Part shown: positions 62,002-64,000 of the stretch, in pieces
Position numbering within the stretch: the first letter of the stretch is position 1
Layout: every line of letters begins with the position of its first letter
From: Eledone cirrhosa
Lineage: Eukaryota
Assembly (NCBI GenBank): GCA_964016885.1
Contig: OZ024741.1
Span: 158,286,001-158,350,000 of the forward strand
Direction: 5' to 3'
DNA: 64,000 nt
Translations under genes and position numbers: made by a program
Notes under the pieces: model-generated
The model's input: the letters and a program-made list of their open reading frames with translations, nothing else
Told to the model about the DNA's origin: nothing
The model's database searches: none

Positions 62002-64000
62002 ATGAGCAACACATCGTTACCAGCGTATTCTGGCGATGCTAAATTGTGGTTTGCCCAGCTAGATGTGTATTTTGCGGCCAACGGAGTACAGGCAGCACAG
62101 CAAAAACTACACGTGCTAATCAGTGGAATTCCCGCTTCGCTAGCAACTACAGTAAAGGACATCATCACGGATCCTCCACAAGGCGCTTCCTATGAGTCTC
62201 TGAAGTCAGAGGTACTGCGTAGGAACAGTAGGTCGTCTGAGAGTAGATTTCGTTCCTTATTAGAGGATGAAAATCTGGGGGACAGAACTCCTTCAGAGTT
62301 TTTACGGCGTATCCAAGAACTCTGTGATGTTGCGCCTAAAGTCAGTTCCTTCGTAAAAAAAGTTATTCTTCTCCCATTTGCCAACCAATGTGCAAATCGT
62401 ATTGGCGAATATGGTTGAAACCAGTTCGATAGAACAAATTGCTGCCTCTGCGGACAGAATTATGGAATTTTCTAGGGGACCTACCTCGGCTGATTCGGTC
62501 ATTGCTTCTTCTATTCTTAAGAAACAGCCTGCCTCACCTAGTGAGGAAGCCATATTGAGAGCTATTGATGGGTTAACACGTCAAGTAGCTAAACTGTGTC
62601 GTGATCGAGCGCCACCTTTTCTTCTAACCGACGTACGAACCCCCCAGCCAACAGTTCTTCTTTGTGTTGGTACCATGCGCGTTTCAGTGATAAGGCACAT
62701 CATTGTATCAAGCCCTGTTCTTTTTGGGGCATCGGAAAACTAAGTTTGGAGAGTCTGGGCACGGCAGACCTCTCCCTTAACATTTCGGCTTGTCGTGCTT
62801 TCTTCATCAGATACCGAGTCTCAAACAAATCATTCATGGTCGACACAGGATCAAGTTGTAGTATTTGGCCCTTACGATTCAGCTCTACCAAGCCAACTTT
62901 TTCCGGTATTTCCTTGTATGCAGTGAACCAGTCTCCTATAAAAAAAAACTATGGACAGATATCTTTATAATTGGACCTAGCTTTGCGTCGAGATTTTAAA
63001 TGGATTTTCGTCATTGCCGACCTACGTCATCCTATTCTCGGTGCGGATTTCTTACACCACTATTCACTTTTGGTAGATGTCAGGAAACAGAAGCTTGTGG
63101 ATAATACCACATCCTTATCTATGCCTACTCGTAAATCTACTGCTGCTGCTGTCAGTCCATCGTTTTTTGTGTCTGCCGCTGGAAACTAGTTTCATGCACT
63201 CCTTACTTCGTTTCCTGAGTTAACGGATATTTCATTTAAACCTACCTAGGCAGCCCACTCGAGTCAACACTTCATTATAATGACTGGTCCACCTGTTTTC
63301 TCTCGTCCACGAAGGTTGGCTCCGGATAGACTAAAAAAAGCCCGAGACGAGTTTGAGCACATGCTCCAGCTCAGTCTAATACGACCTTCCACCAGCCCAT
63401 GGACATCTCCACTACACTTGGCTCGAAAGGGTGAGGCGGATTTTAGATTGGTAGGAGATTACCGAAGACTTAACGCTATCACCACACCTGAACCTACAGG
63501 ATTTTTCATCCGTTCTGCATGGATGCACAATATTTTCCAAAATTGATCTAGTACGTGCATACCAGCAGATACCCATGAATCCAGAGGATATACCAAAGAC
63601 AGCCGTGACCACCCGCTTTGGTTCATTTGAATTCCTGTCCATGCCTTTTGGCTTGCGGAATGCCTCTAGCACGTTCTAACGTTTTATCGATGAAGTCATG
63701 CGTGGATTGGATTTCGTGTTTGCTTATGTGGATGACCTCCTGATAGCCAGCGACACAGCTAAACATCATCAGCAACATGTATCTCAGTTATTTCAACGTC
63801 TTCAATCGTACCCGGTCAGAATCAACCCAGCTAAATGTGTGTTTGGTACAGCTTCACTGGAATTCCTAGGACATCTGATAGATTCAGAAGGCATTCGACC
63901 TCTGCCATCTAAGGTGGAAGTGATTGAGCGAATCGCACTCCTCACCTCATTGAGGCAGTTACGTCATTTCTTAGGATTAATCAACTTTTATCGTCGTTTC
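62002..64000 (+). pseudogene. Ty3/Gypsy gag-pol (gag, protease, RT), degenerate, truncated by the window end
   Basis: Gag LWFAQLDVYF, LGDRTPSEFLR and CWYH.RF..A..C..PC; protease VDTGS..ILGADFL; [40 protein letters not shown] and AYVDDLLIAS; several stops and frameshifts. Confidence 0.95.

Overview
This is repeat-saturated animal genomic DNA, not prokaryotic. The SINE, RTE and microsatellite repertoire resembles an octopod cephalopod or other mollusc; that assignment is inference and was not checked by search. The window has one 200-N gap. Most of it is decayed or nested transposons: RTE/BovB-like LINEs (one near full length), R4/Dong-type REL-endonuclease LINEs (one with an uninterrupted 966-aa ORF), Tx1/L1-like LINE fragments, a Penelope GIY-YIG remnant, two tRNA-derived SINE families, two hAT MITEs, a Helitron pair, a Gypsy element running off the right end and a related solo LTR. 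A ~7-kb satellite of ~50/60-bp monomers occupies 2385-9356. The only convincing host gene is a + strand spliced gene (exons 46443-46814 and 51859-52010) encoding a probably secreted or anchored PAN/Apple-domain protein. The most unusual observations are (1) a probable non-autonomous Helitron carrying ~41 tandem 27-bp units built around the GCGCATGCGC (NRF1/EWG-type) palindrome, (2) a C4HC3 PHD-like finger embedded in the RT region of the RTE family, (3) SINE/LINE tail sharing visible inside the window, and (4) two 5'-inverted RTE insertions. I found no CRISPR array or prokaryotic system. All family assignments are by eye from motifs, and boundaries without a TSD are approximate.
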